Below, piece by piece: positions 38,543 through 49,100 of a stretch of 52,928 nt of DNA. Position numbers and translations under genes: made by a program. This DNA is from Bacteroidota bacterium. GTDB taxonomy: Bacteria; Bacteroidota; Bacteroidia; Bacteroidales; M50B96. Below the pieces are notes generated by a model, which did no database searches, was not told the DNA's origin, and saw nothing but the letters and a program-made list of their open reading frames with translations. Every line of letters starts with the position of its first letter. Position 1 is the first letter of the stretch. The stretch lies in contig JANTGP010000001.1 of assembly GCA_024762835.1 (NCBI GenBank), positions 1 through 52,928 of the forward strand, read 5' to 3'.

Positions 38543-39317
38543 TCATTCAAATAAGAATAAAATCTCAGCTGTAGTAATTTCTTACAACGAAGAAAGGAAT
38601 ATGGCCCGTTGTATTGAATCGCTTATTGACGTAGTTGATGAAATAATTGTAGTTGACTCTTTCTCGACAGACCAAACCAAAGAGATTTGCGAAAAATACA
38701 ATGTTCGGTTTTATCAACATGATTGGTTAGGATACTCAAAAACAAAAAACTACGCTAATTCATTAGCCAAATACGATTGGATTCTATCTTTAGATTCCGA
38801 CGAAGCATTATCTGATGAGTTAGCTCAGTCATTAATTCATGAGAAGCAAAATCTAAACGGGAATTCGTACATATTTAACAGGAAAGCAAATTATTGTGGA
38901 CAATGGATAAATCATTGCGGCTGGTATCCCGATAAAAAAATACGCCTTTGGAAAAAAGACATTGCAGCCTGGGAAGGAAATATTCATGAAGAATTAATTT
39001 TTAAAACAAAAGAAGAAACAAATAGCTTAAACGGTGATATATTACACTACTCGTATTACTCAATATCAGAGCATATTTCTCAAACAAACAAGTTTACTGA
39101 TATTGCTGCTGAGCAAATGTTATCACAAAATAAAAAAGTAAGTCTCTTAAAACTTTTTTTTAGTCCGATTGCAAAATTTACCTCTTCATATTTTTTTCGT
39201 CTTGGCTTTTTAGATGGTTTTTACGGTTTTGTGATATGTGTATTATCCGCCAATGCAAGCTTCCTTAAATATTCAAAACTCAGACAGTTAACAAGAACAA
39301 GGAATAAGAGTGAGTAA
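38535..39317 (+). CDS. Family 2 glycosyltransferase (WaaE/KdtX-like LPS core type)
   Basis: 260 aa. ISAVVISYNEE..., VVDSFSTD and SLDSDE (DxD) motifs. Overlaps the murF-alr stop by 8 nt. Confidence 0.75.
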   Translation: MSNHSNKNKISAVVISYNEERNMARCIESLIDVVDEIIVVDSFSTDQTKEICEKYNVRFYQHDWLGYSKTKNYANSLAKYDWILSLDSDEALSDELAQSLIHEKQNLNGNSYIFNRKANYCGQWINHCGWYPDKKIRLWKKDIAAWEGNIHEELIFKTKEETNSLNGDILHYSYYSISEHISQTNKFTDIAAEQMLSQNKKVSLLKLFFSPIAKFTSSYFFRLGFLDGFYGFVICVLSANASFLKYSKLRQLTRTRNKSE

Positions 39318-40386
39318 ATTAAAGATACTTATCGACCTTACAAAGGTGAAAAATCCTTATTGCGGATTAGGACAATTCTCTATTAATTTTGGCAATGAAT
39401 TAATAAGGCAAAATCCGGATACGTTCGATTTTTCATTTTTACTACATCCTAAATCTTCCAATGTGTTTGAAGAAGATATAAAAATTGAAACGCCATCACT
39501 AATAAAGCATCTTTATAAAGCCAAATTCAAGAAATATTCACTTTGGCATTCAACACATCAAGATTCAAGATTTCATTCATTATTAAATAATATTCCTTAC
39601 ATTCTTACAATTCATGACCTTAACTTTTTAGAAGAAAAAAGTCTGAGAAAAAGAAAGCAGCGATTAAAACTTTTACAAAAGAAGATTGACAAAGCCAGTG
39701 CAATTACTACAATATCGGAATATACAAAACAAGAGCTAATTAAGAATTTTACCATTCCTGATATCCCTTTTAGGGTTATTTATAATGGCGTTGAAGACCT
39801 GAGTATGAAGGATGATAAGAAAACTGAACTGGATTTCGAAGGTGATTTCTTATTCACTATAGGAGTAGTAACAGCTAAGAAAAATATTCATGTACTAATC
39901 GATTTTATCAGTAAAATACCAAAGTTGAATTTAATTATTGCAGGAGATGATTCAGGAGAATATGCAATTAAGATAAGAGAACTTATCAAAGATAAAGACT
40001 TGCAAAACAGAATCTTCTTGACAGGAAAAATAAGTGAGAATGAGAAAATATGGTATTACAAGAACTGTAAAGCATTCGTATTCCCTTCATTACTTGAAGG
40101 ATTTGGATTACCACTAATTGAAGCTATGCAATTTGGCAAAGCCGTATTTGCATCAAATAGATGTAGTTTGCCTGAAATAGCAAAAGACAAAGCATATTAC
40201 TGGGATAACTTCGACCCTGATTACATGGCTGGTGTTTATACTAAAATGATTAAGGAATATAACTCGGACATCAAAACAGCAAATAGTATTAAAAAGCATG
40301 CATTCACTTTTAGCATGGACAGATCTATTTCTGAATATATAAATTTATATAATGAGATATTATTTAAGAAAGACTCCGGTTTATAA
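39310..40386 (+). CDS. Family 4 (GT-B) glycosyltransferase
   Basis: 358 aa. GTG start overlapping the GT2 stop by 8 nt. EX7E-type region FVFPSLLEGFGLPLIEAM. Confidence 0.75.
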   Translation: MSKLKILIDLTKVKNPYCGLGQFSINFGNELIRQNPDTFDFSFLLHPKSSNVFEEDIKIETPSLIKHLYKAKFKKYSLWHSTHQDSRFHSLLNNIPYILTIHDLNFLEEKSLRKRKQRLKLLQKKIDKASAITTISEYTKQELIKNFTIPDIPFRVIYNGVEDLSMKDDKKTELDFEGDFLFTIGVVTAKKNIHVLIDFISKIPKLNLIIAGDDSGEYAIKIRELIKDKDLQNRIFLTGKISENEKIWYYKNCKAFVFPSLLEGFGLPLIEAMQFGKAVFASNRCSLPEIAKDKAYYWDNFDPDYMAGVYTKMIKEYNSDIKTANSIKKHAFTFSMDRSISEYINLYNEILFKKDSGL

Positions 40387-40428
40387 TTAAAAGCGTTTAT
40401 TCGATAACATTAAGCAAAAAACAAACAA

Positions 40429-41487
40429 ATGAAAATATTAGTTACAGGTTCTGCAGGATTTATTGGATTTCACCTAACAAACAGACTATTAGCTGATGGC
40501 CATCAAGTTGTTGGCCTTGATAATATTAATGACTACTATCCCATTGATTTAAAATTAAGCAGACTGAAAGAACAAGGGATAATGCTTGAAGATATTTCCT
40601 ACAATCATATAGTTATCAGCAAAAATATCAGATCATATAAATATATAAAGCTTAATCTCGAAGATTCGGAGAACATCAATAAGCTATTTGAAAACGAAAA
40701 GTTTGATACGGTAATAAATATGGCAGCTCAGGTTGGTGTACGTTACAGCATTGATAATCCTATGGCCTATGTTCACAGTAATATTATAGGCTTCACCAAC
40801 CTGCTTGAATCATGCAGACATAACAATATCAAGCATTTGATTTATGCAAGTAGCTCGAGCGTTTATGGATTAAATGAGTCTCTCCCATTTTCTGTTCACG
40901 ATAATGTTGACCACCCTGTAAGTTTTTACGCAGCAAGTAAAAAAAGCAATGAGCTGATGGCTCATTCCTATAGCTATCTTTACAATCTGCCAACAACAGC
41001 TTTACGTTTCTTTACAGTTTATGGCCCATGGGGCAGACCCGACATGGCATTATTCAAATTTACTGAAAACATTATTGAAGGTAAACCAATTGATGTTTAC
41101 AATAATGGTGAAATGGAACGCGACTTTACCTATATTGATGATATTGTTGAAGGAATTGTGAGAGTAATGAAAAATATTCCCAAAGGAAATACCAATTGGT
41201 CGGGACTAAAACCTGACCCGGCAAGCTCTGTAGCACCATACAAGATTTATAACATTGGTGCAAACAAACAGGTAAATTTACTTGATTTTGTTAAAGAAAT
41301 AGAAAAAGCATTAGGGAAAAAAGCAATATTTAATATGATGGAGATGCAAGCGGGTGATGTATTAAAAACTCATGCTGATGTTGAAGATTTAAAGTCTGAT
41401 TTTAATTATTCACCTAAAACAGAAATAGCAGAAGGTGTCAGGCATTTTATAGATTGGTATCTTAAGTATTACGATATTGACAAATAA
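40429..41487 (+). CDS. NAD-dependent epimerase/dehydratase (UDP-glucuronate 4-epimerase-like)
   Basis: 352 aa. ILVTGSAGFIGFHL Rossmann motif. YAASK catalytic YxxxK. Confidence 0.8.
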   Translation: MKILVTGSAGFIGFHLTNRLLADGHQVVGLDNINDYYPIDLKLSRLKEQGIMLEDISYNHIVISKNIRSYKYIKLNLEDSENINKLFENEKFDTVINMAAQVGVRYSIDNPMAYVHSNIIGFTNLLESCRHNNIKHLIYASSSSVYGLNESLPFSVHDNVDHPVSFYAASKKSNELMAHSYSYLYNLPTTALRFFTVYGPWGRPDMALFKFTENIIEGKPIDVYNNGEMERDFTYIDDIVEGIVRVMKNIPKGNTNWSGLKPDPASSVAPYKIYNIGANKQVNLLDFVKEIEKALGKKAIFNMMEMQAGDVLKTHADVEDLKSDFNYSPKTEIAEGVRHFIDWYLKYYDIDK

Positions 41488-41547
41488 TTTTCCCTGCTAT
41501 TTTTTTTATTGCCTTCTTTGCAAAAGCAAAAAACAAACTTGAACATT

Positions 41548-42873
41548 ATGACTTTTAATGAATTAAATCTGAATACCCCTTTACTTAACGCACTTGATGA
41601 TTTAGGTATTTCAAAGCCAACAACCATACAGGCAAAGGCTTATTCAGTTATTTTATCAGGTAAAGATGTTGTTGGAATAGCACAAACAGGAACAGGAAAA
41701 ACATTTGCCTACATTCTTCCAATACTGAAACAACTTAAATTTTCAAATCAAAAACACCCGAGAGTTTTAGTCCTTGTGCCAACCAGAGAGCTTGTTATTC
41801 AGGTAAGAGATGAGTTTAAAAAATTAGCATCGTATATGAATATTAGGGTCGAAGGCATATACGGTGGAACAAATATTAACACACAGAAACAGCTGGTTTA
41901 TAATGGACTTGATGTGCTTATTGCTACACCGGGCAGATTAATGGATATTACACTTACAGGCACACTAAGACTCAAGAATATTCAAAAATTAGTAATTGAC
42001 GAGATTGATGAAATGCTTGATCTTGGTTTCTTACCTCAATTGGAAAAGGTAGTGGATTTGCTTCCGGCTAAAAGGCAGAACCTTATGTTCTCTGCCACTT
42101 TAACACAAGAAGTTGAGAAAGTTGTAAATAAATATTTTGAAAATGCCCAAAAGATAGAAGCTGCTCCCCATGGTACTCCTGTTGACAATATCAGTCAATC
42201 AGCATATTTTGTCCCAAATTTTTATACAAAAGCAAACCTGCTCGAGTATCTTTTAACTAATGATGACTCCTTAATAAAAGTGCTGGTATTTGTTAGCAAC
42301 AAAAAAATTGCAGATCGTTTATTTGAAATACTTAATGAGATATTTCCTGATAAAATAGGCGTAATGCACTCAAACAAATCGCAGAATTACAGAATACGAA
42401 CAGTCGGAAACTTTCAGAACGGCAGTTGTCCTGTTCTTATTGCAACCGACCTGATTGCACGTGGTTTAGACATTTCTGAAGTCAGCCATGTTATAAACTT
42501 CGACACTCCGGCAATTCCCGAAACATATATACATAGGATTGGACGGACAGGCCGTGCCGACAAAGAAGGAATTTCAATCACATTTATCAATGAAGCCGAG
42601 AAAGCTTATCAGGCAGAGATTGAAACGCTAATGAATAGGGAAATTCCAATTCTTGACCTACCCGAAGAAATAGAAATCTCCGATATCTTAACAGATGATG
42701 AAAAACCGAAGATTCCTGAAAAGAACTATTTAAAACCTGTAAGTAAAAAGAAAATTGCAGGACAAGCTTTTCACGAGAAGAAAGAAAAAAACAAAAAGAA
42801 AAATTCGGGTAGCCCTTCGCGAAAAAGAGACCTTGCCAAGATTAGAAAGTACGGCAACAAAGGACGAAAATAG
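41548..42873 (+). CDS. DEAD-box ATP-dependent RNA helicase
   Basis: Motifs: Q-motif (PTTIQAKA), AQTGTGKT, PTRELV, DEID (motif II variant), SAT, ARGLD, HRIGRTGR, plus a basic C-terminal tail. The ATG at 41548 (MTFNELNLN) is preferred over the track's TTG at 41509. Confidence 0.9.
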   Translation: MTFNELNLNTPLLNALDDLGISKPTTIQAKAYSVILSGKDVVGIAQTGTGKTFAYILPILKQLKFSNQKHPRVLVLVPTRELVIQVRDEFKKLASYMNIRVEGIYGGTNINTQKQLVYNGLDVLIATPGRLMDITLTGTLRLKNIQKLVIDEIDEMLDLGFLPQLEKVVDLLPAKRQNLMFSATLTQEVEKVVNKYFENAQKIEAAPHGTPVDNISQSAYFVPNFYTKANLLEYLLTNDDSLIKVLVFVSNKKIADRLFEILNEIFPDKIGVMHSNKSQNYRIRTVGNFQNGSCPVLIATDLIARGLDISEVSHVINFDTPAIPETYIHRIGRTGRADKEGISITFINEAEKAYQAEIETLMNREIPILDLPEEIEISDILTDDEKPKIPEKNYLKPVSKKKIAGQAFHEKKEKNKKKNSGSPSRKRDLAKIRKYGNKGRK

Positions 42874-42955
42874 TGCTATAATACACTCCCTCTTTTTTTA
42901 AGAAAAATTTATTTGCTTATTAAAATAATTAGTCGTAACATTGCATTATTATTTT

Positions 42956-42972
42956 ATGAGAATTATTCTTAT
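42956..42972. promoter_or_regulatory. Candidate Fur/PerR-type operator (7-1-7 inverted repeat)
   Basis: ATGAGAAT-T-ATTCTTAT. The core AGAAT-T-ATTCT is a perfect 5-1-5 palindrome. It lies 28-44 nt upstream of the Fur-family gene's ATG. Confidence 0.4.
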
Positions 42973-42999
42973 TTACGAATACTTCAACTTTAAGAATTT

Positions 43000-43407
43000 A
43001 TGGACGAAATAAAAAATAAACTTTTTGAAAAGGGGCTTAAAATAACCCCACAACGATTGATTATACTGGAAGCAATTTATAATATAAGCCATCCCACCGC
43101 TGATGATTTAATTAAATATATCAGAAAAAAACATTCAAATATAGCAATAGGAACAGTATACAAAGTTCTTGAAAAATTTATTGAGGTTGGACTTATTAAG
43201 AAAATCACAACTGAAAAGGACATTGTCAGATACGATGGATATATGAATAATCATCACCATTTTTATAGTTCTGACTCGACTGTAATTAAAGATTACATAG
43301 ATGAAGACCTTGATAAAATTCTGGAAGAATATTTTAAGAATAAGAGAATAAATAATTTTAACATTGAGGAAATTACACTTCAAATAAAAGGTAAATTTAA
43401 AAAATAA
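43000..43407 (+). CDS. Fur-family transcriptional regulator (PerR-like by context), cysteine-free
   Basis: 135 aa. Winged-helix region (KITPQRLIILEAI...TVYKVLEKF). His cluster NNHHHF. No Cys residues, so it lacks the structural CxxC Zn site. Confidence 0.75.
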   Translation: MDEIKNKLFEKGLKITPQRLIILEAIYNISHPTADDLIKYIRKKHSNIAIGTVYKVLEKFIEVGLIKKITTEKDIVRYDGYMNNHHHFYSSDSTVIKDYIDEDLDKILEEYFKNKRINNFNIEEITLQIKGKFKK

Positions 43408-43421
43408 AAAAAAGTAATATT

Positions 43422-44000
43422 ATGGAAAAAACATTAAAAGGCTCAATAACAGAGCAAAATTTATTAAAATCATTTGCAGGTGAAAGTCAGGCAAAGAACA
43501 GGTATGAATTTTTTTCAAAAGTAGCGAAGAAGGAAGGATACGAACAAATTTCAAGAATATTTCAAGAAACTGCATTGCAAGAAAAGGAACATGCCAAACG
43601 TTTTTTTAAATTTTTAGAAGGTGGAAACGTTGAAATTACTGCTACTTATCCTGCAGGAGTAATTGGAACTACAAAAGACAATTTAAAAGCAGCCGCAGAA
43701 GGCGAAAATGAAGAATGGACAGATTTATATCCTGAATTTGCAAAAATTGCAAAAGAAGAAGGGTTTCCTGAAATAGCCACTGCTTTTAAAATGATTGCAA
43801 AAGTAGAAGCAGAACACGAAAGGATTTATTTGAAATTACTTCAAAATATATCTGAAGACAAAGTATTTATGAAAGACGGAAAAGTATGGTGGAAATGCCT
43901 AAACTGCGGATATGTGTATGAAAGTGAAAATGCACTTGAAACTTGTCCCGCATGTTTACACCCAAAATCATATATGCAAATCAGAGAAGACAATATATAA
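43422..44000 (+). CDS. rbr: Rubrerythrin
   Basis: 192 aa. Diiron four-helix-bundle motifs (E..ESQA..RY, EKEHAKRF, EAEHERIY). C-terminal rubredoxin-like CLNCGY...CPAC. Starts 14 nt after the Fur-family gene. Confidence 0.9.
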   Translation: MEKTLKGSITEQNLLKSFAGESQAKNRYEFFSKVAKKEGYEQISRIFQETALQEKEHAKRFFKFLEGGNVEITATYPAGVIGTTKDNLKAAAEGENEEWTDLYPEFAKIAKEEGFPEIATAFKMIAKVEAEHERIYLKLLQNISEDKVFMKDGKVWWKCLNCGYVYESENALETCPACLHPKSYMQIREDNI

Positions 44001-44063
44001 AAATGATTACAGATTAAACTTGTAATTGAAATTCAAATTAATAATAACTAATAAATAAGAAAA

Positions 44064-44735
44064 ATGGAATATGTAAATGAAAAAAGAGGAATGCCTCTAT
44101 TAGGCGATGATTTTCCTGAAATGACAGTTCAAACAACACGTGGAGTATTGGAATTACCTTCACATTTTAATGGAAAATGGTTTGTTTTATTTAGCCATCC
44201 TGCCGATTTTACACCGGTATGCACAACTGAATTCATTGCTTTTCAGCAACGATATGATAAGTTTAAATCCTTAAATTGTGAATTAATTGGTTTAAGTGTT
44301 GACCAGGTATTTTCTCATATCAAATGGGAAGAGTGGATTAAGGAAAATATGAATATTGAAATTGAGTTTCCAATAATTGCTGATACAGGTAAAGTAGCAG
44401 AAACACTTGGAATAATTCATCCCGGGAAAGGGACTAATACTGTAAGGGCTGTATTTATTGTAGACGAGAATGCAAAACTTAGAATAATTCTTTATTATCC
44501 ACAAGAATTAGGTAGGAATATTGACGAGATATTGCGAGTAGTGGAAGCAATGCAGATTTCTGACAAAAATAAAGTTGCAATGCCTGCAAACTGGCCAAAT
44601 AATGAAATTCTAAAAGATCACGTAATTATTCCTCCTGCAACTGATATAAAAACATCAAAAGAACGTATAGAGGATGCTAAAAAAGGTGAATTTGAGTGTT
44701 ATGATTGGTGGCTTTGCCATAAAAAACTGAAATAA
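44064..44735 (+). CDS. Peroxiredoxin (Prx6-subfamily-like, with an extra C-terminal Cys pair)
   Basis: 223 aa. Peroxidatic Cys motif [12 protein letters not shown]-terminal [11 protein letters not shown] (C-x5-C). Confidence 0.9.
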   Translation: MEYVNEKRGMPLLGDDFPEMTVQTTRGVLELPSHFNGKWFVLFSHPADFTPVCTTEFIAFQQRYDKFKSLNCELIGLSVDQVFSHIKWEEWIKENMNIEIEFPIIADTGKVAETLGIIHPGKGTNTVRAVFIVDENAKLRIILYYPQELGRNIDEILRVVEAMQISDKNKVAMPANWPNNEILKDHVIIPPATDIKTSKERIEDAKKGEFECYDWWLCHKKLK

Positions 44736-44759
44736 ACAAATACACCATAATCAAATAGA

Positions 44760-44787
44760 AGACCGGTAGTCATTCGACTGCCGGTCT
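44760..44787 (+). terminator. Intrinsic terminator after the Fur-rbr-prx operon
   Basis: AGACCGGTAGTC-ATTC-GACTGCCGGTCT. 12-bp stem (one G-U pair), 4-nt loop, followed by ATACTTTT. Lies 25 nt past the stop. Confidence 0.7.
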
Positions 44788-45003
44788 ATACTTTTACAAA
44801 CGCTGTAAGCTACTTCGACAAGCTTAACAACTTAGCTCGACATATAAGGAAACAAGCTCTACCTTCTGACTAAATCCATACCTTGCCTTCAGTGTTTAGA
44901 GTTATATATTATCAGCCCACAAGCTTATTGCTTAAAAAATCTTATCTTTAGCAAAAATATATAACCAAGGAGCTTATAATACATTAACTTAATTGACAAT
45001 GTA

Positions 45004-45882
45004 ATGATGGAACAAATTTTAAAAATATCCGATTATTTACTTGAGCCGACAATTGTATTGCTGATTTTAATAATCTTGTTAATTTTAAATTCGTGGATTT
45101 TTAAAAGGATTAAAACAACATCATCAATTGGAAATATTACTAAAGGAGCTATTTCAATGTTTATTGTCCTTATTGGTGTATTGGTATTTATTCTTGTCTT
45201 GCCAATTGATAAATCACTTAAAGGACAAATATTAGGCTTTTTAGGAATAATTATTAGTGCAGGAATTGCTTTAAGCTCGACTACTGTATTAGGTAATCTC
45301 ATTGCAGGAATTGTAAACAATTCTATGAAAAGATTTAGAAATGGTGATCTGATAAAAATTGACGATATCCACGGCAGGGTGATAAAAAAGAGCATTTTTC
45401 ATACTGAGATACAACTCGAAGACAGCAACTTTATTTCCATTCCTAATCTCTATATAACCAATAATCCTGTTAAGTTAATACGCAAAACAAATACAGTAAT
45501 TTCAGCTTCTGTTTCGCTAGGTTATGACATACCACGTGATAAAATTGAGAAAGCTTTATTAGATGCAGCTATTTCAACAGGCTTGTCTAATCCTTATGTG
45601 TATATTAAACGTCTTGGTGATTTCTCGGTTGTTTATAAAATTCATGGTTTTTTAGAGGATAGTAGTAAATATTTTAGCACAAACTCGCTGCTTAATGCAA
45701 ATGTTATGGATAAGCTTCATAATGAAAAGATTGAAATTGTATCACCAAATTTCATGAATCAACGAGCTGTTGACAAACAGGAATTCATACCGGAACATTT
45801 TATTAAAGAACCGGAAACAATTGAAGAAGAATCTCCTGAAGATTTAATCTTTGATGAAGCTATTAAATCGGAAAAAATATAG
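45004..45882 (+). CDS. Mechanosensitive ion channel (MscS-like)
   Basis: 292 aa. Three N-terminal TM helices, then the MscS beta-domain signature (GNLIAGIVNNSMKRFRNGDLIKIDDIHGRVIKKSIFHTEIQ). Ends at a TAG. Confidence 0.8.
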   Translation: MMEQILKISDYLLEPTIVLLILIILLILNSWIFKRIKTTSSIGNITKGAISMFIVLIGVLVFILVLPIDKSLKGQILGFLGIIISAGIALSSTTVLGNLIAGIVNNSMKRFRNGDLIKIDDIHGRVIKKSIFHTEIQLEDSNFISIPNLYITNNPVKLIRKTNTVISASVSLGYDIPRDKIEKALLDAAISTGLSNPYVYIKRLGDFSVVYKIHGFLEDSSKYFSTNSLLNANVMDKLHNEKIEIVSPNFMNQRAVDKQEFIPEHFIKEPETIEEESPEDLIFDEAIKSEKI

Positions 45883-46071
45883 CTTAAAAAAGACTACCTT
45901 AAAGAGATTGACAAAAAACAGGAAGTCCTAAAAGATAAGCTGAAAGATTTGAAAGATGATAAAGAAATAGACAAAATAAAATCTGAAATAAAAAGAACTG
46001 ATGAACTAAAAGAGCGAATAGAGAAAAATATTAAAGAGCAAATTGAAAAGGAAAACGACACTGAGAACTAA
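45883..46071 (+). other. 62-codon stop-free extension in frame with the MscS-like gene, directly after its TAG
   Basis: It reads LKKDYLKEIDKKQEVLKDKLKDLKDDKEIDKIKSEIKRTDELKERIEKNIKEQIEKENDTEN then TAA. It contains no ATG. The sequence is charged and coiled-coil-like. Confidence 0.35.
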
Positions 46072-46189
46072 GAATACTGTATTTCAAAGCCGATAGTTAT
46101 AGCCTTAATTGGCCCCAATCCAAATAATTGAGCGTACCAAGAAGGCAAGCTAAGAACCCTAAATATAAAACCCGTACAAAGCTTTCACT

Positions 46190-49100
46190 CTACTCAATAA
46201 CAACAAGTTTTCGAGTAACTGATTTTCCATTCTTAAAGAAAATCTGCAATACATTTATGCCGGCTGATATATCTTTAAGCTCAATCATTTCTGTAATACC
46301 ATCATTAGCAAATGTAGTAATTAACTTACCCGAAGAATCAAGTACTTTAATCAATTCAACTTCATTTGAATTTATTTCAGATAAATTAATAAAGAATTGT
46401 CCTGTTTTATTTGGATTAGGATAAATGCTTATTACTTCATTATTTCCTAATTCGTCAATACCAACTGTTGTGTCAAGTATTCTTATTGTATCTTGCGATG
46501 TACAATTATGCGAATCGCTGACAATTACCTGATAAAGACCCGGGCAAAGCGACATTACGTTATATGTAGCTGTGGCTGCATTATCATCCCATAAGTAACT
46601 ATATGGAGCTGTTCCTCCTAAAACATCCACAGCAGAGGCAAAACCATTACAATCTTGTCCATGCGAATCTTGACTGATAAACCCGAATGTTATTGAATCA
46701 GGTTCAATTACAGTGAACTCTTTAACGATATTACAAAGAGCTAAGTCGCTAACAGTAACATGGTAAACGCCGGCACAAAGATTATCCAAATAACTATCAG
46801 TTGAAGAACTAACCCCGGGAACATCCCACTCGTATGAATACGGTGTAATTCCGCCAATGGCTGTAACATCAACCTCTCCGGTACATGAGTTATAACAATC
46901 AGTACTATCGACAACAAGCTGAGCCCCCGAGAAATTTGAGACACTAATTATGATAGTATCACGATATGTATTTCCGCAGTTATCAGTAAAATCAACCCAA
47001 TAAATATTAGCTCCCGTTACCGGGTTAAATGTAAGTGTTTCAGTTGTAATTCCGGTATTCCACGAGTAGCTTACTTCTGTATTTACCTCTGTCTCAAGTG
47101 TAATTGAGGCAGGTGCATTTACGCCGCAAAACATCGTTGCCTGATTTGTAATATTACATTGACTTAGGCTGTCAGGTCCGCCAATAACAAAATCGCTTTG
47201 ATATAAACAACCACCATCGTCAGATATTGTAATTGAGTAATTTCCTTTACATAAAGTAGAAATCTCATTTGATGAAGCTGATCCGATTCCATTTGACCAA
47301 TTATAAGTATATGGAACTATTCCTCCAATAGGGTTAACTTGTACAAAGCCATCGCAAGAGTTAAAACAAGTACATGTATCGGTAATAATATTAACCCCTG
47401 ACATATTGGAAACTATAACATGAACGCTATCAACTTTTGAATTACCGCAATTATCTGATATTGTTACCCAATACATCGAATTGCCCTGAGCAGGACTAAA
47501 AAATATTCCTTGAGTTGTTTCGCCTGTTGACCATAAATAATTCACATCCTGAATATTTGAAGATGCTTCCAAGCCTATTGTAGGAGGTGGTGTTGTCCCG
47601 CACCACATAGTATCTGTAGAAACAATACCTGAAAGTTCAGCATTAAAAGAATCCGGCTGTTCAATTATCATATCTGCAATATAAAGACAATTGATAGCAT
47701 CAATTACATTCAGGTTAAAAGTATCAGCACAAAGCGAGTCAAGTGTACTTTCAGATGTTGTAAATGAACCTGAATTGTTTGAGCCCCATTGATATATAAA
47801 CGGCGGTATACCAGATGGTGTTAGAACAGAGACAGAACCGTCACAAACACCATAGCATGATGTATTCTCGTAATTTAGAAATGAATTCTGTACCTGAGAA
47901 ACATAAATATTGACAGTATCGATGATAGTATAACCACAGAAGTCGGATATAGCTACAGTATAAGCATTTATACCCACTGAAGGAACGACATCAAGAGTAT
48001 TTGTTGTAACAGCCGCCCCGTTCCATGCATAAGTTACATCAGGAATATTTGCCGATGCTTCAAGTGTAATCTGCCCTGGCATATCACAAAAGGCAGTATC
48101 CACTGTAATAATTCCCGACGAAGGGTCAAGTGCCGCTGAGGGTTCATCAATAAAGAAATCATCAGAAAACTCGCAATAAGAATCATCTGTAACAGTAACA
48201 GAATAATAACCTGCACATAAGTTATTGAGTACTCCGGTATAAGTTGTCCCTATGCTCGGCTCTGACCAAATAAAATCTATGTTTGAGCTTGTTCCTAAAG
48301 GTGTTGCATTTACTGTTCCGTTGCAAGCACCAAAACACAGTGCATCTGTTGCAGTTATTGAAACCCCCGACAACTCTGAAACACCGATTGTTATACTGTC
48401 AATGATTGTATTTCCGCAAAGGTCTGATATTGCAACCCAGTATATATCATGATGTCCGGGCAATGGAGGAACAACTGTAATAATACTATCAGTAGATCCG
48501 GTATTCCATAAGTAAGTGATAAACCATGCAGGATGGCTTACACATGTTGAAACAATATCGTAAGTTGCAGGAGGTGTAATACCACAAAACATTGAATCTG
48601 TATTAATTATTCCGGCTTTAAACTCAATATAATCATAAATGGTAATTGTGTCGCTGGCAGGTGTCGGGTCACAAGGACATCCGGCAAGGATCTCAATAAT
48701 AAAAGTCTCGGTGCTTTCCTGAATACCATCCATAAATGCTGTATAATAAACTGTGTCGGAAATAGCTCCAATTGGAATTGTCACTACACTGGGGAAGCTT
48801 GTAATATCCGAACCAAGAGTAGCTGTCCCACTGAATGCTAATTGAATATCAACAGGGAAAGAAACATCATTCGTATCGTTACGTGTAAAGACATAATAGC
48901 TCTCACAACCCTCATACAAGTCATTCATTGTTCCGGCAGGATTTACATTATTTATTGTAACAGATGTACCATCGGTAAAAGAACCCGATTCGATAAAAAC
49001 ACCTGAGTCTAATACCGAGTCTCCTGCATCGGCAACAGCAAGTTTAATATGATATGTCTCACATGCAATTACCGAGGCGGCTGCATACATGCCTATAGTA

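Noticed and set aside
44014-44032. Imperfect inverted repeat TTACAGATTAAACTTGTAA between rbr and prx, considered as an attenuator or operator.
   Set aside because: It is AT-rich with two central mismatches and no flanking T-run. It is unrelated to the palindrome upstream of the Fur-family gene.
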